NCBI GenBank assembly: GCA_964035545.1
Contig: OZ037765.1
Location: 34,037,504-34,101,503, forward strand
DNA from: Bugula neritina
Taxonomy: Eukaryota; Animalia; Bryozoa
Reading direction: 5' to 3'
Length of the DNA: 64,000 nt
Shown: positions 50,795 to 62,740 of the stretch, piece by piece
Layout of the letters: each line of letters opens with the position of its first letter
Position numbering within the stretch: the first letter of the stretch is position 1
Position numbers and translations under genes: made by a program
The notes under the pieces: model-generated
Told to the model about the DNA's origin: nothing
Databases searched by the model: none
Seen by the model: only the letters and a program-made list of their open reading frames with translations

Positions 50795-52332
50795 TTGTCA
50801 GCTTGTGCAATGAAACCTACACCTACAGAACATAGAACATTCGTGTATTGAGAACTCATTGGTGTGGTGTGTCTGCTTTGGCAATTTCTATACATTTTAT
50901 TCTTACTAGTTCAACTTTTTTTGAAATTAATTTCTACAAAGTGTACAATGTGTTGTTTTTGCAGTTCATTTTCGTTGTGGAGAACACGTTGTGATCATTC
51001 ATGCCTTATAATGTGAGCCTATTGAAATATAACTCCCTTATGTATTAAATTATACTTCTGCTTATGGCGTGAGCCTGTCTACTAACTGCAAGGCTCTTTC
51101 TACTCTTTGACCAATTAGAAGTCTCGAGTTTCACTTTTAAATAAAGATGTTATGAGCTTGCCTGGGGACATACTGTCTTGAACTATTCCAGGGATCTGCG
51201 TCTTTCGCTAGGTTATTTGGCTACTTAACTATAGAGATAAGACAACTCTTTAGTGGAAAACGTAGCCGCAACGAGAATAACCCATAATATTTTAGGCTGT
51301 CAATAATGGTTGGGGCTTCCCAACATAATCTGTAACTTTGTGCGATTAAGTACCGAGGCTATTGGCCCCTGTTCAAAGAGCTGCATAGAATTATAACATT
51401 AACTAGGGAGATTGAGCAATACACGTTGCATTTTGCAACTTGATTGACAAAAGCAATTTATGTTTAAGATGTTATTTTAATTTTATATATGTTTTAGTAA
51501 TGCCAGTTTAATGTTAGACATTCTGTGCAATCAAGTATTGTTGCATGACCCGATAACTGACATAATCATAATGATTATCATAATATGAAATAATAATATC
51601 AATATGAATAAAATGATGATAATATTCATGATGATGATGAGTTCATCATTATCATTATGATCATTATAAATTTTATTTTTTATCAAAGTTATCAAAGATC
51701 TGCAAAATGCAGATTTTTTATTTTTGCTTAGCTTGGGTTTGTATTTTTTAGTTTGGAAAGTGTTGATTTATTTTGTAACATGAACAAGGCAATTTTTATA
51801 TAAAATCTTTTTTAGAATTACTACTAGTACCACTAATAGCGATATTAAAAACAAACTCAAACTGCAACTCTGCACCTTCTTGGAGAATCAGAATAAATTT
51901 AAATGATAATATAATATTGTTGATATTAATATAAATAAAACTAAATTTAATTTAGTTTTACCATAAGGCATAAAGAATAAGCCTAAGGATAAGGCTATAT
52001 CAACTGTTTTTTTATTAATGTTACCATTAGGATATTGAATTGAATACCCACAAAATTGAAGATGAAAATTCACCAGAATTCCTATTCATAAATTGGTATT
52101 TAAATGAGCAATACTTATACTAAATTAATCATAGTCATAACGATGATATAAATATAACAATGGTTTTCATTATCATATTGAGTGTGGCAATAAGATTCAT
52201 GTTGTAATAGTGTCATAAGGATTATCATTATGGCTATACCTCATTAATATGTTATGTGATTTGCAAATAAGAGAGCTAAAAGTGGTGTGAGGCTGCAGAC
52301 ATGTATTAGTTTGGTTTGATTAGGTACACAAG

Positions 52333-54259
52333 ATGATGAGTACTAAGATAGAGAAAGACAGGCGACCATCTGGAGGCTCACGACCGGGTAGTACTAGCTA
52401 CTTGTTCAGCTCTCCGTGCTCGTCTGCTCAAAACAGTGACAGTAAGCTGCTCTGCCTTGATCATGGCTACTGTAAACTCTCACTATGAAAATCACACAAG
52501 TTTCCAATGTTTTAAGCATAGAATGAATAATTGTTGTTTTCAGTTGACTTGATACTAAAAATTATTAGGCAAATTTGTAATTTTTTCATTTTTTTCATTG
52601 CGAGAATAAAAGTTTTGCTGCTAATATTTATAATAGACTCTCTTGAAGTATAGCAAAGGGTTTGTTCCACCCCGATGATATTGTTAGACTTTACTTCATA
52701 TTCTGTCATTTCACCAAATGTTGTATACATCTCTCAGCAAACTGGCATTGTTTTAAGTACTGAATTGCCGGTGCAAACGAACACATAACTAGTAATGTAA
52801 TATAGTGAATAACTGGCAATAGAGTGAATAACGGGCAGTAGAGTGAATAACTGACTACTCAGTAAGCAACTGGCAGTAGTAATAGCTGATGTAATATTAC
52901 AGATGATGACGACAGTGACGCTAGATCCACTGTGAGCTACAGAGAGAGGAGGAGGGAGGCCCACACACACGCCGAGCAGAAGAGACGGGATGCCATCAAG
53001 AAGGGGTACGAGGAGTTGCAGCGTATCGTGCCCACCTGCCAGCAGACGGATGCGCTGGGGACGGGCAAGCTGAGTAAGGCTACGGTGTTGCAGAGGTCCA
53101 TAGACTACGTGCAGTTCCTGCTCCAGCACAAGGCTAAGCAAGAGGAAGATCTGGATAAGATGAGGAAAGATGTGATGGCCCTCAAGATTATGAAGGCGTG
53201 AGTTGTAACCATCAGCTATACTTGGTGTTTGTTTAGACTTGAGTTGTTATTAAAGCAGCAATATGTGTTGGGGTTGTCTGCTTGTAGTAATTACGAGCAC
53301 ATAGTGAAGCTGCATCAGTCATCACCTTCAGAAGATAAGGATACACTTCCCGAGGAGTTGAAGTTCAGAGTGGTAAGTATGTCAGAGTTCTGGTACATAG
53401 CATAGTGGTGAATTTTACTGCTATTCTGTGTACATGTGGCACACAGTCTTTGTTTTACAGAAAATTTTGAATTAAATTGAGTTAATAACACATTCTACAA
53501 GGTAGTTGATATAGAAGTGACATGACACTCTCTACAAGGTAGTTAATATAGAAATGACATGACACTCTCTGCAAGGTGGTTTATATAGAAGTGACATGAC
53601 ACTCTACAAGGTAGTTGATATAGAAGTGACATGACACGCTCTGCAAGGTAGTTGAGATAGAAGTGACATGACACTCTACAAGGTAGTTAATATAGTAGTG
53701 ATATGACACTCTCTACAAGGTAGTTGATATAGTAGTGACATGACACTCTTTACAAGGTAGTTGATATAAAAGTGACATAACATTCTCTACAAGGTAGTTG
53801 ATATAGAAGTGGCATGAGACATTCTACAAGGTAGTTGATATAGTAATGACATGACACTCTCTACAAGGTAGTTAATATAGTAGTGACATGACACTCTCTG
53901 CAAGGTGGTTTATTCTTGTAGTTTCAGCAGATGATGGACAACCTTTTCATACCCTTCAACAATTCTGTATCAGCATCTAACTTTGCTGAAATGTCTGCAA
54001 GTGCTTTCAATTGGTTGGAGGAATTCTGTAAGCCCCAGGTGAGAGATTCCGTCATAGTAATCTCCAGAGTAGTAATAATCTTGCCTTCTTTATTCTCATG
54101 CTTTTCTCAACTCATAGGAAATAACTTTCACCAACACATGTGCAACCTTTCCGTTTTCTGCCAAAATGCTGCTAACAATTCTCTCATAATTTTTTGTAGA
54201 TTTTGAGAGAAATAGCTAAAGCCTCCCTACACCATGCGACTATAGACTACAGGTCATAA
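52333..54259 (+). CDS. MLX: Max-like protein X (bHLH-Zip partner of Mondo/Mxd), 5 coding exons, 221 aa
   Basis: Exons 52333-52441, 52903-53197, 53288-53372, 53922-54038, 54200-54259. SYRERRREAHTHAEQKRRDAIKKGYEELQRIVPTC..KLSKATVLQRSIDY, ALKIMKANYEHIVK, LKFRVFQQMMDNLF..WLEEFCKPQ (DCD domain) are diagnostic of MLX. Confidence 0.95.
53493..53910. repeat. 37-39-bp minisatellite (CTCTACAAGGTAGTTGATATAGAAGTGACATGACACT) in MLX intron 3
   Basis: About 11 units ending ~10 bp before the acceptor. Confidence 0.92.
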
Positions 54260-54929
54260 GTCATCAGATTCTGCTGATCATATTTTATTATAGCTAACTT
54301 TGGTTTTTGTTTAATCACAATGTTGTCGTGACTTTCTGAAATTGAAGCCTGTTTCAGAAATCATTAGAAACATAATTGTTAATTGGTGCTAATCCTAAAC
54401 TTACTAAATCGTTATTTTGTTTCTACAAGTAATTTTGGAATTTAAAAGCTGTGATCAAATATGATCAGAAAGTTTTATGGGTGCAGGTTGTCTGGTTTTA
54501 CTTTTCATTCCACAAGAGTATTAAAAATGCTTTGCTTTGACTTTGTTCAAAATTTAGTTTCTAAAAATATGTTTTTTAAAAGGTGGCTACTTTTACCATA
54601 TTTTATGCAAGTTGATGAAATTGACGATCATTTGTTGTGCTTCTGATTAATCACTGGAAACTGATTATATTTTTCTACTTTTAATCATATTTTGTATAAG
54701 ATTTATTCTAAGGATACTTACGGGAAATAAATTCATAGTGATAACAAAACACCTCTATTCTATACTCCAAAAACAAAAAACAACAGCAGTATAAATACAA
54801 GTTTGGCTTTATGAGATTACAGTCGCACTTTCTATATAAATAAACAATAGTTGACAAAATAAATACAATATAGAAAAAATAACATCAGGTGAAGACAACT
54901 CTGAACCGATGTAGAAGTATTGACTAGAT

Positions 54930-57900
54930 TTACACATCTGATTCAAAGACCAGAGATGGAGATGGCTCTATGGTGCTACTAATGCTACTTCTGTGAGACA
55001 CACAGCACGAGTCTTGGGCTGAGCTGATATCATCCAAACTACAGTTGGGTGAATTCTCGTCCCTGTAGACTCCAACTTCGTAGGCCAGCACCGTCGCGTG
55101 GTCCAGTTTACCAGGAAGTGGTCGCATAGCGTTTCGAATTGTCTCTTCTATTTTCTTCCTCTCTTTCTTCTTAAACTGACGTCTGTAATAAACGGGGTTC
55201 TCAATGACCATTCGCTTGGGTTGCGTGAGACTGGTTACGTGATTACTGAGAGCTTTGCAGAGCTCCTGGGCGGATATATCATGTTCGGTGACTAACTCGT
55301 ACTCGTGTATCACTCTCTCCATCCCTTTCATGGCAAACATGTGTCTTTCGTGGGGCAACATCTCGGCCTTCTCCTCCACACTCTGTAACGTGGAGTCGCG
55401 GCGCCCGGGCACAGCCAGCTTAGTAACTACAGGGTCAAAGTTGTCGCTGATCCCGTCCGTCGTCTGAAACACGATATCACCCGGCTCACAAGTTGTCACG
55501 GAGAAAGTCAGATTAGTCAAATACGGCTGACTGCCATCAACGGGGCCGATAGCTCCGCCCACATCTTTCATATTTCTCTCTTTATTGATATCATGAGATG
55601 CAACACTGAGCTCGTTCATGCCGTATCGCTTGCTGAAGACGTACGTCAAACTGTCTCCCACGTTGACTGAGCACACAGCGTATTGCGTTGAGCTGTGGAT
55701 GGGAAGTACCATGGTTATGTTTAGAGTTGTCAGCCCTCCGTTGTGTTGCAGAATAGATTCATGGGCAACATCAAATGCTTTTCTCATCAACAGCAACGCA
55801 TCCTGAAAATATAATTTTATATACTGGAATATAATGTATACAGAGACAGTTGATCAATTTTATATAACACTATATTCAACACTGATCTCTCAATCGTAAA
55901 TTTCTATTAAAATTTTCATTTAAACAATCAAACATCTAATTTATTCTGAATGTGACATTTCGCTATAAGTTTATCAACATATTACATTTTAAAGTGACAT
56001 CGTAACAGTAAAGTTAAATCAGCTATGCTAGTGTAGACTTTGGTAGAGTAGATAATATGAACATACTATGTATTAGTACACACCTTAGTAGAGTAGAGAG
56101 CATGGAAGTTGGCAAAGACAGCTTCGTTCAGATAATTTATAGAAGCACAGACGGCACACCTGGCAGCTATCATAGATTTCTCTCCCCAATTTACGCCATC
56201 AGCAATGACCATAAGGGAGTTGTTTTTCCTGGCTATGTATGCGTAGGAATCTGCTATTGGATCACCTAAAATGGAGGTCCATATTAAATATTTCATGACT
56301 ATTCACCGCATTTATTTTCCTTAGTAAAATTCCATCACCTGTAATAACATTTAAAAGACAAACAACTGCACTGCATGTATTGTGAGGGGAACCAACAAAC
56401 GAAAACTTCTTCCGAAGGTGTGATAACTCCTAACTTGAAAACAAATTCAAAGGGTATCAATACCAGCCAGCTACACGTTAGAGAAACAAGAAACAAAAAT
56501 GTCATCAGAAGTGAAAACTTAAAAAACTTCATCCACTCACAGATTTGCTGAATATTTCAAAAGAATTATGAATAATCAAAGCATCAAATTATTTTGAATG
56601 TTATTTGCAATTATTGAAGAAGCTATTCAATTGATTGTATGAGTCAGAGCCTGCAGCTTCTATAGAGTGTCTATAATAAGATATATAGAGAGTTGTTAGA
56701 ATGATGTTAGATGAATCGCAACTTGGCATCTCCCAAATGTGTGTCAGACAAAGAACTGGTGGCATCTCGTAACAATACAGGTTGTATGGGACATTCCCAG
56801 TTGGCAGCTTCTAAACTAACAATTCTGCTGGCAGCGTGACTCAACACCTTTACTTAACCACACTAGCTGCTACTAATTTAGTTTGTAGACGCTGTGATAG
56901 ATTCAACCCTACACTAGTTGGCATCCCATCATTAATCTGATTTGAAATTAATTAATTCAATCAAATGCAATAAATTATATATGATAAGAGACAAAATCAT
57001 TTCCAAAGTAAATTGAATTCACATTGATAGCTGACTCATCCAATATAGCTAAAACATCTGTTGGCCCATGAGACTATATGAGTCATGGTATACTTGTACT
57101 ATCTGATAGAACAGCACCTCTCCATGTATTGGTATAAGTAGATAGTTGTATCAGTAACATAGCATAATATCAGATAGTGAAGGCACATATCTCAGCTGGT
57201 AAACATCTTATCTGTAAGGACTACAGAGTTACTCTAAGGAAAGAGATATTGTAATCAGTGACAATAAAATCAATTCAATAGTCGTTATGCTATAAAGTGC
57301 TGTGAGTTTATAGCATGTCTGATAGTTTCACTTACTATGAGGCTGAAATAGATGAAGGCAATTATAATACCATAGTAATATCATTTCTATACCGTTATGA
57401 TAAAACTATTTGTATATCTTTAGTATTATTAATGCTATTTACATATCAATATTGCTATTAATAATACTATTTGTATGTATCATTACTGTTATAATTACTA
57501 TTAATTGACATTAATGAATATATATTAATACCAATTATATAAGTATTTACTGGCTTAAAATCAAATAATAGTACCACAAACCATAGTTTACCAAGTTATG
57601 CCATTATATAATAATATAATATTACAGATAATCAATAACAGATTTAAATAACCACATAACTAGAATGTGGAATAAAATCATTTATATAATAGTCCTGAGT
57701 GAATTTGCCATATCCAGATCACTATACAGGCAGAGTTCCTATCAGATAAATATAATATGCACACAGTTACAACTGAATAGCTAATAGAGAATGAGTCATT
57801 CATATTGATCAGACCTTCACCCCTGGGAGTTGTCTAACCAGCCAACATGATTCATACACGGAATATTAATAGACATGATAAATTATTCAAGTAAAGTTTA

Positions 57901-60900
57901 TCGAATTGCTAGAGTTAGTCATGATATTATAAAATTATAAAACATATTTATTGAATTCTCAGTCCCTAGCGACACAAGGAAGTTTGATGCTGTGTATTTC
58001 TTATATCAAGCAGGGGAAATAATTACTGAATCACAATTCCAAGCATTGCACTCATAATAATTAGCTGTTGTCTAGAATATACTACTGTAATACATACTGA
58101 CTATACTGTAATACATACTGAATATACTGTAATACATACTGACTACACTGTAATACACATTGACTATACTGTAATACATACTGACTATACTGTAATACAA
58201 ACTGAATATACCGTAATATATACTGACTATACTGTAATACATACTGACTATACTGTAATACATACTGAATATACTGTAATACATACTGAATATACTGTAA
58301 TACATACTGACTACACTGTAATACACATTGACTATACTGTAATACATACTGACTATACTGTAATACAAACTGAATATACCGTAATATATACTGACTATAC
58401 TGTAATACATACTGACTATACTGTAATACACATTGACTATACTGTAATACACACTGACTATACTGTAATACATACTGACTATACTGTAATACATACTGAA
58501 TATACTGTAATACATACTGACTACACTGTAATACACATTGACTATACTGTAATACATACTGACTATACTGTAATACAAACTGAATATACCGTAATATATA
58601 CTGACTATACTGTAATACATACTGACTATACTGTAATACACATTGACTATACTGTAATACACACTGACTATACTGTAATACATACTGACTATACTGTAAT
58701 ACATACTGAATATACTGTAATACATACTGACTACACTGTAATACACATTGACTATACTGTAATACATACTGACTATACTGTAATACATACTGAATATACT
58801 GTAATACATACTGACTATACTGTAATACACATTGACTATACTGTAATACATACTGCACTACACTTTAGCCTGTATCTGTATATAGAAGAGAGGGTGGGAA
58901 GGGCTACCAACCTGATACTTTCCCAGTCACTGGGTTCCTATCGTAGAGTGATAATGAAGTGCCGTAGGCTTTGCGGTTTGGCTGCAGATTCCAAAGTCTG
59001 TGGTTAACATCTGCTTCCTGTCTCTTCTCTACAAGAACACACAACCATGATGAACAAACTTTGCCTCCACCGGGATTCGAACCCGAGACCTCCGGCTTGC
59101 AAGCAGCCGCGCTAAACCATTACACCACAGGGACCACTGGGTAAACTCTACACTACACGTGTGATTTACTCCAAGGAAGTTGTGTTCCCTGTGTGTAGAC
59201 AGGACATCGGCAGCTACCCACAATGCATCAGGAAACAAATAGCTGTGAGAAATCTGGTGGCAGCAATTTTGAAAGAAATCGGCAGCAAGATTTCTGTTTG
59301 GAGGAAGAAGCATTCGGCTGTCATGCCTGCAGGTTGAGATGGTAGAAGACCACAGCTGTACACTCTCAGCTTGCTCAGTGAATATGAATTATGTGTCTAT
59401 TCCGCTAGTGTATTACGAAATTATTTGAAGTTTTTTTCATTCAACATAAAAACTTCAACTATTTGATTTGTGGACAGAATAATGTGCAGATATTTCAGTG
59501 GCATCGATGACCAGAGTTCATGTCAAAGAAAGAAAGAGGTCATGTATTATACTGTAGAACATTCCGGCAGATTTATGGCAGAATTCAGACATGACCTGAT
59601 AGCTGTGCTGCAACAATACTGATGCTATGACAAAACAATGAGTTAGGTTTATTGTAGGAGGGATTATTCTTTATAGGTTGGAGGGCTGAATTAAAACTTA
59701 TATTTCAATGGTTAGGTGAACTTCTAGAAAGAGTTGCAGCCGATGTTCTTAGAAACGTCTGCTACTGCTAGGGACATCTGCAGCTGCTAGGACAGTATTT
59801 CATCACCACACACTATAAAATCTCAAACTGACCGAAACTGAAAAGTCAAGTTGGAAGTTGAAGTTGACAGTAGTTTGGACAGGAAATGAAGTTGAAGAGA
59901 ATAGATGCAGGTGTGGCAGGATTTGCAGTTGAATATAACAAGAAAGTGGGGTGGGTATGGGATACACCCTTTACACCTAGTAGATACAACGAGAAAAGAG
60001 AAAACTTAACAGGCTAAATTCTATTATCGAAGAACACTGCTACTGCTTGCCAAATATAGAGGGCGGGTAGAGCCAGGACTTCCACATACACTGTATTGCA
60101 GTGGATAAGTTACTCAGGCTATGAGAGATAACTGAGGAAACCAACTCAATAGATGAATTATGTAAATTAGATTAGTTGAATAATATGATGGAGTCAAGAG
60201 TGGATGAAGTATACTATATATACATGCTGACAGCAGCTGGGGTGGAGCTAGCAGGGGTGGAGCCAGCTGGGGTGGAGCTAGCAGGGGTGGAGCCAGCTGG
60301 GGTGGAGCTAGCAGGGGTGGAGCCAGCAGGGGTTAGAGCTAGCAGGGGTGGAGCTAGAAGGGGTGGAGCTAGCAGGGGTTAGAGCTAGCAGGGGGGACCA
60401 TCGCAACTCTAGGTATTGTGGGGCAGATAGCAGCTGCTCTCCCCCTCTTCTATTGATAAGCAGAACTTTGACTAAGTTTAAGGCTTAGTTTTGAATAGTT
60501 GCCAGGAAATATACTATTGAGTCAGAATTACTTAGTGTTGGTGTTTACACAGCTATAGATGTTTAAACTATTAAATCTGATGCTTGTTGTATGTAAGGTG
60601 TCAACACGCTGTATGTAAGGTGTCAACACGCTGTATGCAAGGTGTCAACATGCTGTATGCAAGGTGTCTGACTACTGCATCTCACAAACTAGGATCCGAA
60701 ACTCCTTAATGCCGGTCCCTTTGGCCCTGAACTATCATCATACACAACTGAACAGGATGGTTTCCAACATTAGTCTATCACTTGGATATTTCACCATCCC
60801 GGGTACTGGCAATGACCTTTACTAACCCCAGATGGCCAGAACACGACCAGGGGGTGGTGACCAGGGAGTGACGACCAGGGGTGATGTATACAGTTCACTA

Positions 60901-62502
60901 AGTAGTCTACTAGCTAGTAGAGCACGATGAGTGGAAGTGAAAACCACAATAATTAATGAAAGTTGGAAACTTATACTAACTTAGACTGAGTATATAAAGT
61001 ATAATATAGTATGTGGGAGATGTAGAGTTACCTCCCACAATGACTGTGACTGTGTAGTCAACTTGGTGAATGCAAGCCTCTATTACCCACAATACCCTCC
61101 AAGTGTTTCCTGTCTAAGATGATGCCCATAAGAAGAAACTAGCATTGTCGTGTGATTACATAGGAGATTATGATGTTATTACAGTAATACACAAATTAAC
61201 ATTTGCTTTAAATGTCAATCAAGTTGGTTTATTGTTGTTGGCCCTTTAGAGGATACTTTGCGTAGAGTATGAACTCAGATACACTGGTGCTGCCAAAACA
61301 ATATGTGCTGCCAAGACAAGATCACCAACACAGTGGTGTAACATGTGTTTATAAACAGCTAAAAGTTCAACAGCAGTCATCTAACATGATGAGGATTAGT
61401 AGTATTAACTAGTAGTAGTATTAACTACTAGTAGTATAACTAGTAATATCATGTATTAACTCCTAGTAGTACTAACTCATAGTATCATGTAGTAACTCAT
61501 AGTATCATGTATTAACTCCTAATATGGACAGATAATCTACAAATCTTAAACCTCTTCTCGTACTTTTATAATAATTATATCAAACTTTGTCTTTAGACAT
61601 GGCACTAACTTCTCCTATGATACTCTACCTACCCTACTTTACCCTCCCCCTCTCCACCCTATTATACCCTCCCCCTCCCTACCTTGCTTAATCCTCCCTA
61701 CCCTACTTTATCCTACCTACCCTACTTTACTCTCCCCACCCTACTATACCCTCCCACTCTCCACCCTACTATATCCTCTCCACCCTACTATACCCTCCCC
61801 ACCCTACTTTATCCTCCCCCTCCCCACCCTACATAACCCTCACTATCCTACAAATAAACAGACTAAAGTGGCAAAAGCTCAACTAATAGTAATTAAACAT
61901 TTGGACGAAGTAGGTGGTGGCCCACATACAACAAATTACTCATGTGTTTTAGGTAAATAAGTAGATTGTGAGCTAAGTATAGAGAAGTGAGTATAGAAGT
62001 GAGTATAGAAGTAAGTAGAGAAGTAAGTATAGAAGTAAGTAGAGAAGTAAGTAGAGACGTAAGTATATAGTAAGTAGAGAAGTAAGTAGAGAAGTAAGTA
62101 TAGAAGTGAGTAGAGAAGTAAGTAGAGAAGTAAGTAAAGAGTAAGTAGAGAATTAAATAGAGAAGTGAGTAGAGAAGTAAGTAGAGAAGTAAGTAGAGAA
62201 GTAAGTAGAGAAGTAAGTAGAGAGTAAGTAGAGAAGTAAGTAGAGGAGTGAGTAGAGTAGCAAGTATAGAAGTAATTAGACAAGTAAGTGGAGAAGTAAG
62301 TCTCACCAGTATTATTGTTGCAGACGTCCAGCACGTTGCGTAGTTCATAGTCGAAGTTCCTCTCAGGTCCCCGACCGGCTGAGAAGGCCTCAGAAGAGAG
62401 AAGGCTATAGTCTACTGAAAACTCCTTGACTTCTTCTGCTGTCCTACCTCCCCAGACCTCGGGTGGGGTGAACGGACTCCTGTAACATTTCACACCACTC
62501 AT
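54930..62502 (-). CDS. PP2C/PPM-like domain protein (Drosophila CG9801 type), 4 coding exons, ~455 aa; N-terminus may extend further upstream
   Basis: Exons 62502-62307, 59028-58912, 56265-56084, 55802-54930. Motifs AYGTSLSLYDRNP, GDPIAD, ADGVNWGEKS, GLTTL, NVGDS, GGAIGPVDG..NLT, TTDGISDNFDP, PGKLDHATVLAY. Confidence 0.88.
58078..58855. repeat. 21-bp minisatellite (TACTGTAATACATACTGACTA), ~37 copies
   Basis: Tandem units with higher-order structure. Confidence 0.95.
59062..59134 (-). pseudogene. tRNA-like sequence (pseudo-tRNA or tRNA-derived SINE head; Ala-UGC-like loop)
   Basis: GTCCCTGTGGTGTAATGGTTTAGCGCGGCTGCTTGCAAGCCGGAGGTCTCGGGTTCGAATCCCGGTGGAGGCA: A box and B box present, D and T arms pair, acceptor stem weak (1 mismatch, 3 G-U), anticodon stem broken. 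Confidence 0.75.
60232..60395. repeat. 15-bp G-rich minisatellite (GGGGTGGAGCYAGCW)
   Basis: Tandem units. Confidence 0.88.
61975..62301. repeat. 12-bp minisatellite (GTAAGTAGAGAA)
   Basis: Tandem units abutting the PP2C-like donor. Confidence 0.92.
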
Positions 62503-62547
62503 GGTACTCAGTCTAACTGATGTTCACAGCATTGTTTCGTATATATC

Positions 62548-62740
62548 TAGCTGCGTGCTGTAGAAATACCCTGCGTGCTGTAGATATACACTGTGTGCTG
62601 TAGATACACACTGTGTGCTGTAGATATACCCTGTGTGCTGTAGATATACCCTGTGTGCTGTAGATATACACTGTGTGCTGTAGATACACACTGTGTGCTG
62701 TAGATACACACTGTGTGCTGTAGATATACACTGTGTGCTT
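62548..62740. repeat. 20-bp minisatellite (CTGTGTGCTGTAGATAYACM)
   Basis: About 9 units. Confidence 0.9.
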
